The position numbers were made by a program, and so were the translations under genes. A model generated the notes under the pieces. That model worked only from the letters and a program-made list of their open reading frames with translations, was not told where the DNA came from and made no database searches. A stretch of DNA of 63,141 nucleotides, filler included, from Corallochytrium limacisporum Hawaii (Eukaryota; Protista; Pluriformea): NCBI GenBank assembly GCA_002811645.1. It is 3 parts of 3 records of this genome, joined end to end, with 100 filler letters (N's around TTAATTAATTAA, not from the genome) between each part and the next. Parts side by side here need not be neighbours in the genome. Positions count along the whole stretch, not along the records: positions 19,687 to 43,239 come from PDIP01000126.1; 2 more parts are not named here. One strand, written 5' to 3'. This document shows positions 24,098-34,130 of this stretch, one piece after another. Within the stretch, counting starts at the first letter, position 1. Every line of letters begins with the position of its first letter.

Positions 24098-25093
24098 ATG
24101 CCGAGCACCGCCGGAGTTATGCCTGTTGGAGGCGTCGCTGCTCACGGTGAGATTACAGGATCCGTCCGTATTGTCAACTTCCAAGACCAAGATCTCGCTG
24201 TAAGCACAACGGCTTTTGCTGCCAAACATCTGTTTCAAAAGAACACCTTTAATAGCAACCACGAAACCACAGCAATTCAGCACCAAACGCTGACCTTGTA
24301 CGTTGATGGTGACGAAGAGCACTGCTCTGAGGCAGCGTGTCAGACGCTAACCATCGGAGATAGCGATTTCAATGTCTGTTTTTGGTGGGAAGGCATCTTG
24401 CAGAATTGTATTCCACACATTGCATCTGGAAACTACGAGCCCCTACAAAGTGGTGTCACTGCGTTGTCTACTTGGTTTGGCGATGCGAACTCATACCAAT
24501 CGGTCGCCATTTGGACTTGCACTACAGATGCATTCAAGCAAAATAATCATGCATGCCCTGGCCAGAGCCCTAAAGACACCTGGGAAATCAAAGGCGATTT
24601 GGATTTCACGTACTCCGAGCTGATGTTTCTAAATGACCTGGACCAAGACTTGACATTCTCCTGGGATGATCCGTCAAGACCCACGGTATTCCTACCGGAT
24701 TGGGCATCCGCCACCACCGATGGGGTCCTCAGAGTACCTGCTGGTACGAAGTCACAGGTGTTTGGAGTTAAACAGATCACAAGTGGCTGCCACGTCTATG
24801 AGGACCTGCAAATGAAATGGCCCACTGGAAAGGGTCAGATCGTGAATTTGTTTGGTGGCAACCTGTCCGAAAATAGATGTGAAGTTACGGTCCATCAAAA
24901 CACCTCCTTGCGCTCCAACTTCAACACGGATAAGATCGTTCTAGTTTGGAGTGATGCGATTTCGAGTAAAAATGCAACGCCGAGGGTCGCAATTGCGGTT
25001 TGCGCCTTCGACACCTGGGAGCAACTGAAAGGAGTTACTTGCCCTGGTATCCCTGCCGACCAGGTTGCTGGCTATGTGATCAGCAACTACTAA
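24098..25093 (+). CDS. Hypothetical protein with an internally duplicated ~150-aa Cys/Trp-containing domain
   Basis: 331-aa ORF; IVNFQDQDLAVS ~ FLNDLDQDLTFS and VAIWTCTTDAFKQNNHACPG ~ VAIAVCAFDTWEQLKGVTCPG. Confidence 0.8.
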   Translation: MPSTAGVMPVGGVAAHGEITGSVRIVNFQDQDLAVSTTAFAAKHLFQKNTFNSNHETTAIQHQTLTLYVDGDEEHCSEAACQTLTIGDSDFNVCFWWEGILQNCIPHIASGNYEPLQSGVTALSTWFGDANSYQSVAIWTCTTDAFKQNNHACPGQSPKDTWEIKGDLDFTYSELMFLNDLDQDLTFSWDDPSRPTVFLPDWASATTDGVLRVPAGTKSQVFGVKQITSGCHVYEDLQMKWPTGKGQIVNLFGGNLSENRCEVTVHQNTSLRSNFNTDKIVLVWSDAISSKNATPRVAIAVCAFDTWEQLKGVTCPGIPADQVAGYVISNY

Positions 25094-25862
25094 ACACGCT
25101 GGAGTGCTCACGTCAAAGGCAGTTCCCGCACCACTATGGACAAACCCTTCGCACTCTATGCCAGTGTGTGTGCCCAGGACCAATTTGTACATTGCTAATA
25201 GAGTTATTGTCATTGGGCGCTTTAAGCGTGTGTGGCTAACCCCTGAACATATGACTATTTCTTCTTAGCGCGACACAAATGAGCATACGAGCCGTGTGAT
25301 GGAACTCAGACTGAGGATCGCCCATGTCAGTGCTTCATGTGACATGCAGAGTGTGGGAGTAAATGAAACTGAGCCCCCGGTATGCCGTCGTCTCGTAAGC
25401 AGTACGAGGAAGATGTGAAGAGAAACGATGAGAACACGGCGATCATTCCTGTACAAAGTCGTCAATCTCCGACGAATAGGAGGGTCAGCTCGTATTCATG
25501 ACCTCAGAGCCACACAATACGTTGCGGCCAGGCGGAGAGCAACAAGGCCTAAGATTGCTGATGACGCTCGTGCTTGGATCCCACTTTGTGCAGAAAGATC
25601 AACTGCATAGTGAGCTATGGGGCATGAGAAAAACAACGAAGAACAACCTGGAACCGGGTTCCAAGTATTTAGCTGTCTTGAGAATTAAGGTTGTTGATGT
25701 TGTGGGAGCTATGCACGTATGAAGGACTTTGGAACACGAATGGCATCTGTAGAATGTCCTACTGGTACTATATCTAGTATAGTATCCTCCACCGTGTGGT
25801 GAAAGCGACGTTTGGCATCTCTAGCTTTGCTGGGAGGACTTAGTGCTGGAGATACCACACTG

Positions 25863-26448
25863 CTATTTTGTTGATCCCACAGTCTGCCGCCCACGACAAC
25901 TTGTGTGGAGTGTTGGGAAAGAAGGGACTGATGCCATTGACGTACCACCTGCATTGCCTGATGTATAGGTTTCGTTCCAGACCATCGTTTGAGCACGATC
26001 ATCCGGGCAGGGAATACTTACTTGCTTCCATTGCGGGATGTTCCCATTTGAATTTGCTCCTGGGACGTTTGCAGTGAAGCCTCCAGGGAGCGAATATGGA
26101 GAGTCATAGTGGGGTAGCATATGGATGCCCTTGCGTTGAAGTACATCAGATCGTACACACTCCGTCCATACCGGTTAGGATCAAGAAGTGACCAAGCAGC
26201 ATCAAACCACAAGCATCTGAGCGCAGAGTTCCCTGTTAGGGAACCAATTCAGTGCTCCCAACACATCTTTTCCTCATCGTTGTCCCAAGAGGATCCACTG
26301 AGAGACTAACGGAATTGTTTACTTTCATGTCTTCGTCCCGAGCACTGAGGTGGAAGTTCCGGACCATATCTACAGCCCGGTTGGCTGCCTCCCCAGAGGC
26401 AGGGGATGGAGGGAGATGCTGAGTGCTCAGGATGTACACCGATCGCAT
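25863..26448 (-). pseudogene. Possible frameshifted gene remnant
   Basis: Three adjacent or overlapping minus-strand ORF fragments with protein-like composition (WFDAAWSLLDPNRYGRSVYDLMYFNA; LPHYDSPYSLPGGFTANVPG...QTMVWNETY); no family recognised. Confidence 0.25.
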
Positions 26449-27230
26449 GACCAGCTATACGTGCACGGAAGGACAATGCGCCTGGCTTTTGAAAGCATAT
26501 AGCCCAATTCCTAAGTTTCAGCAAACCGTTTACTGCCATCTGTCAGCAATAAAGAACACCACAAGTGGTGGGGATCGGAAGATGCATCACATCCACATCC
26601 TCCAATACATCCTTTCTACTTGGAGCATATGTGATGCATGATGGGTCCCAGCGATCGAAGTACATTTAAGCACAACGTGTGAGAGAGCAGCTGCGATGTT
26701 TGACAAGGTGCTTAGGCTTGCGCTCTGTGATGTGTTGATTGTAGTACTCTCTGTAGGGTAGAACGCTATGCTGTACGTTGAGGATAAGAAACCAACAACT
26801 GACGGAATGTCGGTGGTTGAATCGGAAAAAGGGATGAGGAGATCTGCCCAAAACAGAGGACGCGGCTCTGTACCTAATGCGAGGATTGTTTCTTAAAATT
26901 GCTTGGATGGGGCCCTCACAGGAACTGCCGACCAGTGCCCATGGATCCCACGTTCAGTATACATTGTTTACAGGTTATGACAAGCTTAGGCGCAAGAGAT
27001 GGGTAAATTGATAGTGAAACAGATGGTAAATGATGTCATCGTGAATCCCGGTGCCTACCTTAGTAGCGTAGTCACCCGTCAGCACCTTCGCGAAAACCCC
27101 GCAGCAAATTATCCCAAAGGCCCGTCGTTGCCTCTAAGAATCTCTATATTATGATGGGACACCAGAGCATTTAGGCCCCCCCCCACTCCCATCTCTCGAG
27201 ATTTGTTTCCTTCCCAATTCCCCCAAAACC

Positions 27231-27232
<2 letters not shown>

Positions 27233-27262
<30 letters not shown>
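27233..27262. repeat. (CT)15 microsatellite
   Basis: Direct observation. Confidence 0.97.
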
Positions 27263-27265
<3 letters not shown>

Positions 27266-28098
27266 CCTCCCTCATACCCTTCCCCTCCTGCGGCGACCGC
27301 CTCTTTGTTCTTACGGCTAGTGCTCCGTGTGCTTACTCGCAGATTGCCTGTGACCATTTTTGGTACAAGTACCGACACGCACGGAATGCTGATAGTTAAT
27401 GTATGACTTTTTTACGCACGGGGCCGGGGCTCTGGTTCCCCGCCTTCCTTCTAACTGTCCCTTGGAATTGTTCTATGGGAAAGTTTGAATCGCGAAGAAG
27501 TTCTGCAATAGAACTATCATACATAAAGGGAAAGTAGATCAAGGTGACCGGTGGTTGCGGTCCTATGTAGTGGCGACAACATGGACCGCTCGTGTGTGTT
27601 GGTTGCACCCACCCAAGCGCCCACCCACATTGGTTCAGCGAGAGAAATTTGTTCACACTAGATGGGAGATCGAATGCACATAAACGACAGCCGCCACCAG
27701 GGATTTAACTACCCAGCGTTCTCCCGAACCTGAGCAGGATGTCCGGGACCACTAAGTGACCCCCGGATGAATCCTTCCAGACCCCTCAATTGATGCTATC
27801 AGAGTAGGAAGCATGGCTGGCAGAGGGTTCTTCTTGTGTATGCGTCCTTGTTGTATATGAATGAAGAATGAACAGCCATTGGGTAACATCTGTGTGGACT
27901 GTTTTCTTGCAACTACTGCTTCCTCCGATATATTGCGAGATGTCTAAACTGCACACTTGTGCGCACCGCCTACGTCCCCGGTCGGTAAAGTACGATGTAT
28001 ATGATTCTCATCATTTCTCACTCCAATACAGAGCGAAGACCGACGTGTGTGTGTTCCTTGCAAAGAAGGAATGAAATGTCTTGTCGGTGAACGCGGGA

Positions 28099-28273
28099 AC
28101 ACACACTCACACTCACACACCCAGAAACACACACTCACACACACTCACGCACTCACACACACTCACGCACTCACGCACACTCACACTCACACACACTCAC
28201 ACTCACACTCACACTCACACTCACACTCACACTCACACTCACACTCACACTCACACTCACTCACGCACACGCA
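28099..28273. repeat. (CACACT)n compound microsatellite
   Basis: Perfect CACACT run with CACGCA/CACACA variants. Confidence 0.95.
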
Positions 28274-30073
28274 CAGCCCGACGGGCAAGGAAGGTAGGCG
28301 TAGGGGGGAGAGAAGAGGGAGGGGCTGCGCTGATATGTTCGGCCGCCCAGCCCCGGCTTGCTTTGTGGGGTTTTAAGCCACTTTTTTCTTTCTCCTTTGC
28401 TTTTCTTCAGTATTGAGAATTGCGGCCAAAATGCGTTGCTATTATGGGACGGTGTTGTGCTGGGGCCTTTGTCTTACCGTTTGGTGGGAGGTACCTCTTT
28501 CAATTTTGCATAGGCTCTGTACTGAAGTGGGACACTTCGTCGCGCACAGTGGGGGCTGAGAGGTATATCACGGCAGCCATCACCGACAGGTTCAGCTGGG
28601 TGTGCGGGGGTGGGGAAGAGCAAAAAGCGCGGGAGGGTGTGCCCGCCAGAGTGAAACAAAGGGCGAGAAGGGGGAGGGAAAGGAACGCGGGCAAGTCCAA
28701 AGGCAATCATCTCAGCTAGCATGTGTCGCTCGTATCACGGGCCATATAAAAACATACATTGGAAGGCTACGTTAGGTTCGGGGTATGCAGGTGAGGAGTC
28801 GAAATTTTGCGTGGGGAGGAGGGGAAGAGTGTCGTTTGATGGTGTGCGTTGCCGGCGCCTTCGAACACGTGCTGGGTGCATCACATTCAGTACCGTGCCG
28901 GCAAGAAACGCTTGCGATTCTTCTCTCAACACTGCTAATTGGGTGACATCGTAGATCGCATATTATGTCCCAAGTTGATGGTATATCTCTGCATGCATTA
29001 TGTTGTACTAACGATGAAAATGATGGTTGTGGCTGGGTTCATAAAGCGGATGAGAACCCGAGAGAGCATGTGTGAATAGGAGATCGCGGATGGGAGACGG
29101 AAACTTGATGGAGTTCTTCACCCCACAAAACACCAAGCTCTGCCATCAGCCGTCCAACCATGTGTGCATGTACATGCACGGCTCTCTTGGTGAAGGCAGG
29201 AAAGAAAGTCTGGAGGACAACAGAGGTACAGCGGGAAAGTGGACACCACATACATAAAATTCGAAACAAAACGTAGGGACCAATTCAACAGCGCGTCCGA
29301 ACACGAAAAAGTACCACATGATGTGCTGATGAATGATGAACACCGGCCGGCAGGTGCTGAGAAAGCTGGCGGGCCATGGGCCCCGTTCACGACCAATTCA
29401 GGTGCACGGGTGGCCGAGGTAGTCGGTTGTTTCCATTCATTCGTTTCAGAATCCTTCCGCGCTCTTGCAGCGGCGCCTTCTGCTTCGCTCATCGTCTGGG
29501 TTCCTCCTGTTCTCTGTCTCGCGGACAGTTCAGCTGTTTCTTCCAACAGTCTGCCACAGCGCGGTACCTTGTGGCAGGTGAAACTTTATTGTATGTTGTT
29601 GTGTAGGATACTTATACGCTATCCATCTGTCCTGTCCACCGCTTTTGATGACGAAGGTACCAAGTACACCATCAGCGATGCTGGTACTGTGTTGCTGAGC
29701 GAGTTCCCCCGCCGCGTCTGGATGTCCCTATCTGGTCCATACCCTTGACCAAGTGTGAGCTGTGGCGAAGGTGAAGGTTTCTTTGCTGCTGTGGTTTTGA
29801 GAACGAAAGACAGAACAGTGAATGATATATTCTTGCCCGCAAGAGCGATGCTTGAAACGTGTGTGTGGGGGGGGGGTGTGTGCCATCATGAGCGAAGGCA
29901 GACCTGCCTGGTCAGCTGCACAGCACTGGCCGGGAAGGGGAGGGAAAGGGCGATCGCCTACAACTAATTATGGACGGAGGACCCAAGGTCTGGAACCACG
30001 CGTTTGCGTACTTTGGTCAATTTCCTTTGAACAATGACGTTGTGTGACATAGGCCATTATGTTGATGACTACG

Positions 30074-30081
30074 TATTTAAA
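30074..30081 (+). promoter_or_regulatory. TATA-like box (gTATTTAAA)
   Basis: 93 nt upstream of ATG 30167. Confidence 0.6.
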
Positions 30082-30166
30082 ATCATGAATATGTGCTGAC
30101 AAATCGTCTTGCCAGTTGTGACCAAGACTCTGATCTTTCACTCTGTTCTCAAAGCAACCCAACGCC

Positions 30167-30502
30167 ATGTTCAAAGGCCTCGCCGTTCTCGCCCTTGTGG
30201 CCATTGCTAATGCTGCCTCTATTGAGGAGCTCAACGCTCTGTCCGGGGATCAATACCTTGTTGACAACGATGACATGCTTGTTATGCAAACTGTCTCCGC
30301 TGTTCCTCCTGTTGAGGATGCAGGTGACGAGGACTCCCTGACCGGTGCAGAGACTGCTTCCGCTTCTGCCTCCTCTACCGCCAATGTAGCTTTGATCGCT
30401 GGCGTAGCTGCGGGCTCTGCTGTTCTGGTTGCTGGCGTTGCCGGTGTTGTTTACCACAAGCGTAAGCAGCGTGGCTCCTATGATGTTGAGATGCAGGCCT
30501 AA
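30167..30502 (+). CDS. Small type I single-pass membrane protein (111 aa) with a syndecan-like tail
   Basis: Signal peptide MFKGLAVLALVAIANA, acidic ectodomain, TM VALIAGVAAGSAVLVAGVAGVVY, basic stop-transfer HKRKQR, C/T-ending codon bias. Confidence 0.85.
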   Translation: MFKGLAVLALVAIANAASIEELNALSGDQYLVDNDDMLVMQTVSAVPPVEDAGDEDSLTGAETASASASSTANVALIAGVAAGSAVLVAGVAGVVYHKRKQRGSYDVEMQA

Positions 30503-31060
30503 GAGTATCTATTGTACTTTTTGCCGAGTCCCAAACATCCTTTCTGGCAAAGGGTGGGCACCGCCGGCCTCATCAGAGTAGAGTCAAGAGCCTGTCGATA
30601 TGTAATGCGTAGATGTCCTCTTGGCATACGGTCATACCTCTGGTAGGTTTTTGACCGAGTCATTCTTTAAGAAGGGAAACCGTCTAAGCTTTTGCATGGG
30701 TGGGTAATTCTGACTCTAGCTCCCAGGCTGGTCGAGGAGAACTCTTTTTTTGGTCTACATATCCCTTGTTCAACTATTGTACACTATCCAATGTACACTA
30801 ACTTCTCTTACATTGTTATTCTCATGTGGCTACCTGATCAGAGAATTGTTGTGTTTCATTCTGCTGGCACTGATCTACGAGATCTGCACCAGTGGTGGTG
30901 GCTTTCAATGAACCTGATTGTCTTGTTTGTTTCCAACTGCCGCAGATAATTTGTTTGAATATATCCCTGTACCACTTAGACCAAACCCCATTAGTGCCAT
31001 TCTGTTTAATGTATGTATGTTCTGTGGCTGCACGATTCAACATAACAAACTTTCAACAGC

Positions 31061-31807
31061 TCAGCTAAAACGGATCGGAGTCTGATCTGCGGGTAAGAGA
31101 TTGTCGACAAAGTCGAGGGTACACTTCTCCTGCTTCGCCTCCTCGACGATTTGCTTGAATATAGGATCCTTCTCAAGGATATGATTGTAGTAGTCCAGGG
31201 CAGGCCCTTCCTCGACAGGCACACTGTATGTGTGAAATCGGCCAACAATCGGGACATACATTGCATCTACGATGCCCGGCGACTTACCCGCAAGATAGGG
31301 ACCACCGCTCGCCTCGAGACAGGCTCTCCATACTTCTTGAATGCGTTTGCACTCATTCTGGCATTGCTCAGAGAGGTCCTTTTCAAAATTTAACGGATGT
31401 GGCTTCCGCAGGTTCTGTGGGAGTTCTTTGCGCACCGCCATAAAGGAGCTGTGCATTTCCATCGCCGCACTGAGGCAAATGGCCTGCGCCTCCACAGAAT
31501 CAGTGGTTGCATAGTCTACAACGCAACTATAGCGGTCCCGAAGATAGGTGATCACTGCCATACTATCCCACACAGAGACCTGCCTACCTTCACGCAAGTC
31601 GACCATGCAAGGCACCTTCATGGTCGGGCTGGCACCCTTGAGTTTCTCCTTAGTGTCCACCTGGAACATAAAGATCACTTCCTCATCGATCTCAGACTTG
31701 GGCTCCATCCCACTTGCAAATTCGATAGCTCGTCGATAGTAAGATGCCCTGACACTCCAAGAGGAGTAGTTCAGATTGCCACAGATCAACTTGTATTTGG
31801 GGGACAT
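31061..31807 (-). CDS. Glutathione S-transferase, bacterial-type NYSSWS subfamily
   Basis: GNLNYSSWSVRA, SPTMKVPCM (cis-Pro loop), VWDSMAVITYL, AAMEMHSSF, GPYLAG...IVDAMYVPIVGRFHTY; first ATG at 31807. Confidence 0.93.
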   Translation of the reverse strand: MSPKYKLICGNLNYSSWSVRASYYRRAIEFASGMEPKSEIDEEVIFMFQVDTKEKLKGASPTMKVPCMVDLREGRQVSVWDSMAVITYLRDRYSCVVDYATTDSVEAQAICLSAAMEMHSSFMAVRKELPQNLRKPHPLNFEKDLSEQCQNECKRIQEVWRACLEASGGPYLAGKSPGIVDAMYVPIVGRFHTYSVPVEEGPALDYYNHILEKDPIFKQIVEEAKQEKCTLDFVDNLLPADQTPIRFS

Positions 31808-32787
31808 TTTTGGCCGTTTGGTCACAAATCGGTCTTTCACCTGGTTTCCTCCTTCAAGAGGTAGGCGGCACGCTGCGTCAAAATGATGTCTCTGAACTCA
31901 AACCAGAGTCAGTCCAGAAGCAAAGTCCTAGTGTTGCCGCTCTTGTTTACCTCCCCCAACCTGATTGCTCTCAGACCCGGTGCCTGCGCGAACTTTACTT
32001 GGTCGTGTCAAACCCCCCCCCCCCGGGCGCAGAAATAGTCAACTTTGCGGCCTGGGCCCAGGGAGCTGGGGGGCCGCTTTCCTTGCCCCCTTTCCCCCTA
32101 CCAACCCAACCGGCCCGCCCGAACGCTTACCTTTTTCCCAGGGCCAAGGAATATTGATTTGTGGTGAGTTGCTTTGCTATATATTCGATTTGATTGTTAT
32201 AGAGATGCCGTTGATCTTGCTAAGCCAACCGTTTACATATGCGCAAAATCTGGTTGCCTGTGATGTATTTTAATCTTTTGATGAATTGATTTTGATTTTT
32301 TTGAAAGGCTAAGTAAAACTCTAATGTGTTTATATATTTTAAATCAAGACAATGGCTTTGAATGATTCAGTGCGCTGATAAATTTCTGGCTCTCGGTATA
32401 CACACACCCTAGAACCCACGCCTGGTTTTTATGAACACACTGCAGAAGTTGACCCGGCTCCTTTGAAGGGCGACGCCCCCCCCCCGGGGGGGGCCGGAAG
32501 AGGGAGATAGTGATTCAGTGTGTGTGCCCAAATGATGCTTTTTGCCTTGTTGATAGTTTTAATGGGCGATAGTGACAGTACGCTGGACCACGATCAAGGA
32601 AGTTTTCATAAGTTCTGTGTGAGTACTAGAAGGGAAATCAAAAGGGAAATAAAGGCGGTGGTTTTTTTTTTGAGAGAGTCTATTGTAGGTGTTTACTACT
32701 GGCAGTGGAAATAATCTGCGCCGATTAGGATTCGCTTTTAAAAGGCATTTCGGCTCGTGCTCTCTCCTAAACAGTGGAGTGCACTGT

Positions 32788-34029
32788 TTACATGTCTTCC
32801 AGCATGGCAAGAGCGGCATCAGCCAGAGAGCGGCGGTTGTAAGAGACAACAGACTGCACCTTAGTTTTCCTGGCGTGGATAGGGCCCACAACAGAGAGAT
32901 AGTCGATTTCGATGTCAATGTTGGTGGTGTGGTGGCGGTGGCGGTGAGCCAGCTGCTTCTCGGCAATTTCTTCCATGTTAGCAAGGGTCACGTCCAGGGC
33001 AGCAGGCGCATCCCACGGGTTGTTGATGGCAGCAACATACTGGACGACAAGGTAGTTCTTGACATTGGCCTCACCGACGAACAGGAAGTTACGGATCAGA
33101 ACGTTGATGTTGATCTTCTTGTAGTATTCGGCGTCACGGCGGTTGTTCTCGGCAATGACGGTCTGGATAACGAGGTTGGCGCCGACGTTAAACCTGTTAA
33201 TAACCATTGCGTTCTGGACGAAGACGTTGAATTTCACCTTAACCAGGCCGTCAACGTCATCAGCGTCACGGCGGTTGTTGTTGATAACACCTACCTCCTG
33301 GATCACGGCGTTGCCACCGATGTTGAAGTCGCCAATCAGCAAAGCAAAGGAGTCGCAAGGGAAGAAACCGTGGTGGCGGCTGCGGGAGGCATCCTTACGG
33401 TAGACGTGGTTGTTCTCAACGAAGGTCTCCTGAGCGACGAAGTTGCCACCAATGTTGAGGTGGCCAAGCAAAAAGATAGTGGTGGTACGGAGGTAGCAGC
33501 GCTTGTTCCAGCTGTCGGGAAGATTCTGAATACCAGTGGTGGCGCGGGCGAACTCGTCTTCGATGACGGTCATGTCGCTGCTCTTGAAGCTGTTCATGTC
33601 GGGGTTCTCAGTACCGATCACCTCGTAGTTGCCGTCACCGAGCAGCTTGATTTCGGGGAGAATGATGATGACGAAGACACAGTGAGAATGGTTAATACCC
33701 TCCTGCACATGCTCCGGCAGGTCAGTGAAGTCGTAACCAGTGACGTTATGGTTGGCCAGCTCGTTGGTGTCGAGGTAGCCGAGTTCGGTCATGGGGTCCA
33801 TGCCCTCTTCGATGGGGGTCTCGTCAACAACGGTTTCCTGCAGGACAACGTTGCCAGCAATGTCAACGCCCTCAGTCAGAACGATGGTCACAATGCAGAG
33901 ATCATCGTGGTGATGGTGAGTAGGAGAACTGGGTGTGAGTACAGGGGCCGCGGAAGAGGAAGGAGCGGCCATGGCACTGGCACCAACGGCCAGAAGAGCC
34001 GTAGCGGCAGCAACGAAGAAGTTCTTCAT
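32788..34029 (-). CDS. Secreted precursor with 6-7 Val/Ile/Asn-rich beta-type repeats separated by dibasic sites (413 aa)
   Basis: Signal peptide MKNFFVAAATALLAVGASA, repeated motif hNIGGNhVhQE..hENN, sites NKR, RK-DA, RR-DA (x2), NRR; strong codon bias. Confidence 0.88.
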   Translation of the reverse strand: MKNFFVAAATALLAVGASAMAAPSSSAAPVLTPSSPTHHHHDDLCIVTIVLTEGVDIAGNVVLQETVVDETPIEEGMDPMTELGYLDTNELANHNVTGYDFTDLPEHVQEGINHSHCVFVIIILPEIKLLGDGNYEVIGTENPDMNSFKSSDMTVIEDEFARATTGIQNLPDSWNKRCYLRTTTIFLLGHLNIGGNFVAQETFVENNHVYRKDASRSRHHGFFPCDSFALLIGDFNIGGNAVIQEVGVINNNRRDADDVDGLVKVKFNVFVQNAMVINRFNVGANLVIQTVIAENNRRDAEYYKKININVLIRNFLFVGEANVKNYLVVQYVAAINNPWDAPAALDVTLANMEEIAEKQLAHRHRHHTTNIDIEIDYLSVVGPIHARKTKVQSVVSYNRRSLADAALAMLEDM

Positions 34030-34122
34030 TTCTTAAATTTGGTTCTTTAACAGCTGATGATGTCAATTGTTTGGGATGGTGAACCTCATTCCAGTCTGAG
34101 GAAAGCTCCTGGACTGCGATCA

Positions 34123-34130
34123 TTTAAATA
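34123..34130 (-). promoter_or_regulatory. TATA-like box (gggTATTTAAA)
   Basis: 101 nt upstream of ATG 34029 on the minus strand. Confidence 0.6.

Noticed and set aside
28047-28416. His/Thr/Ser-repeat ORFs
   Set aside because: Translations of the CACACT microsatellite with no other gene signals
32689-34050. 453-aa plus-strand ORF, longer than the gene it overlaps
   Set aside because: Antisense shadow: the minus-strand gene avoids TTA/CTA/TCA codons and has the signal peptide, ATG and TATA-like box
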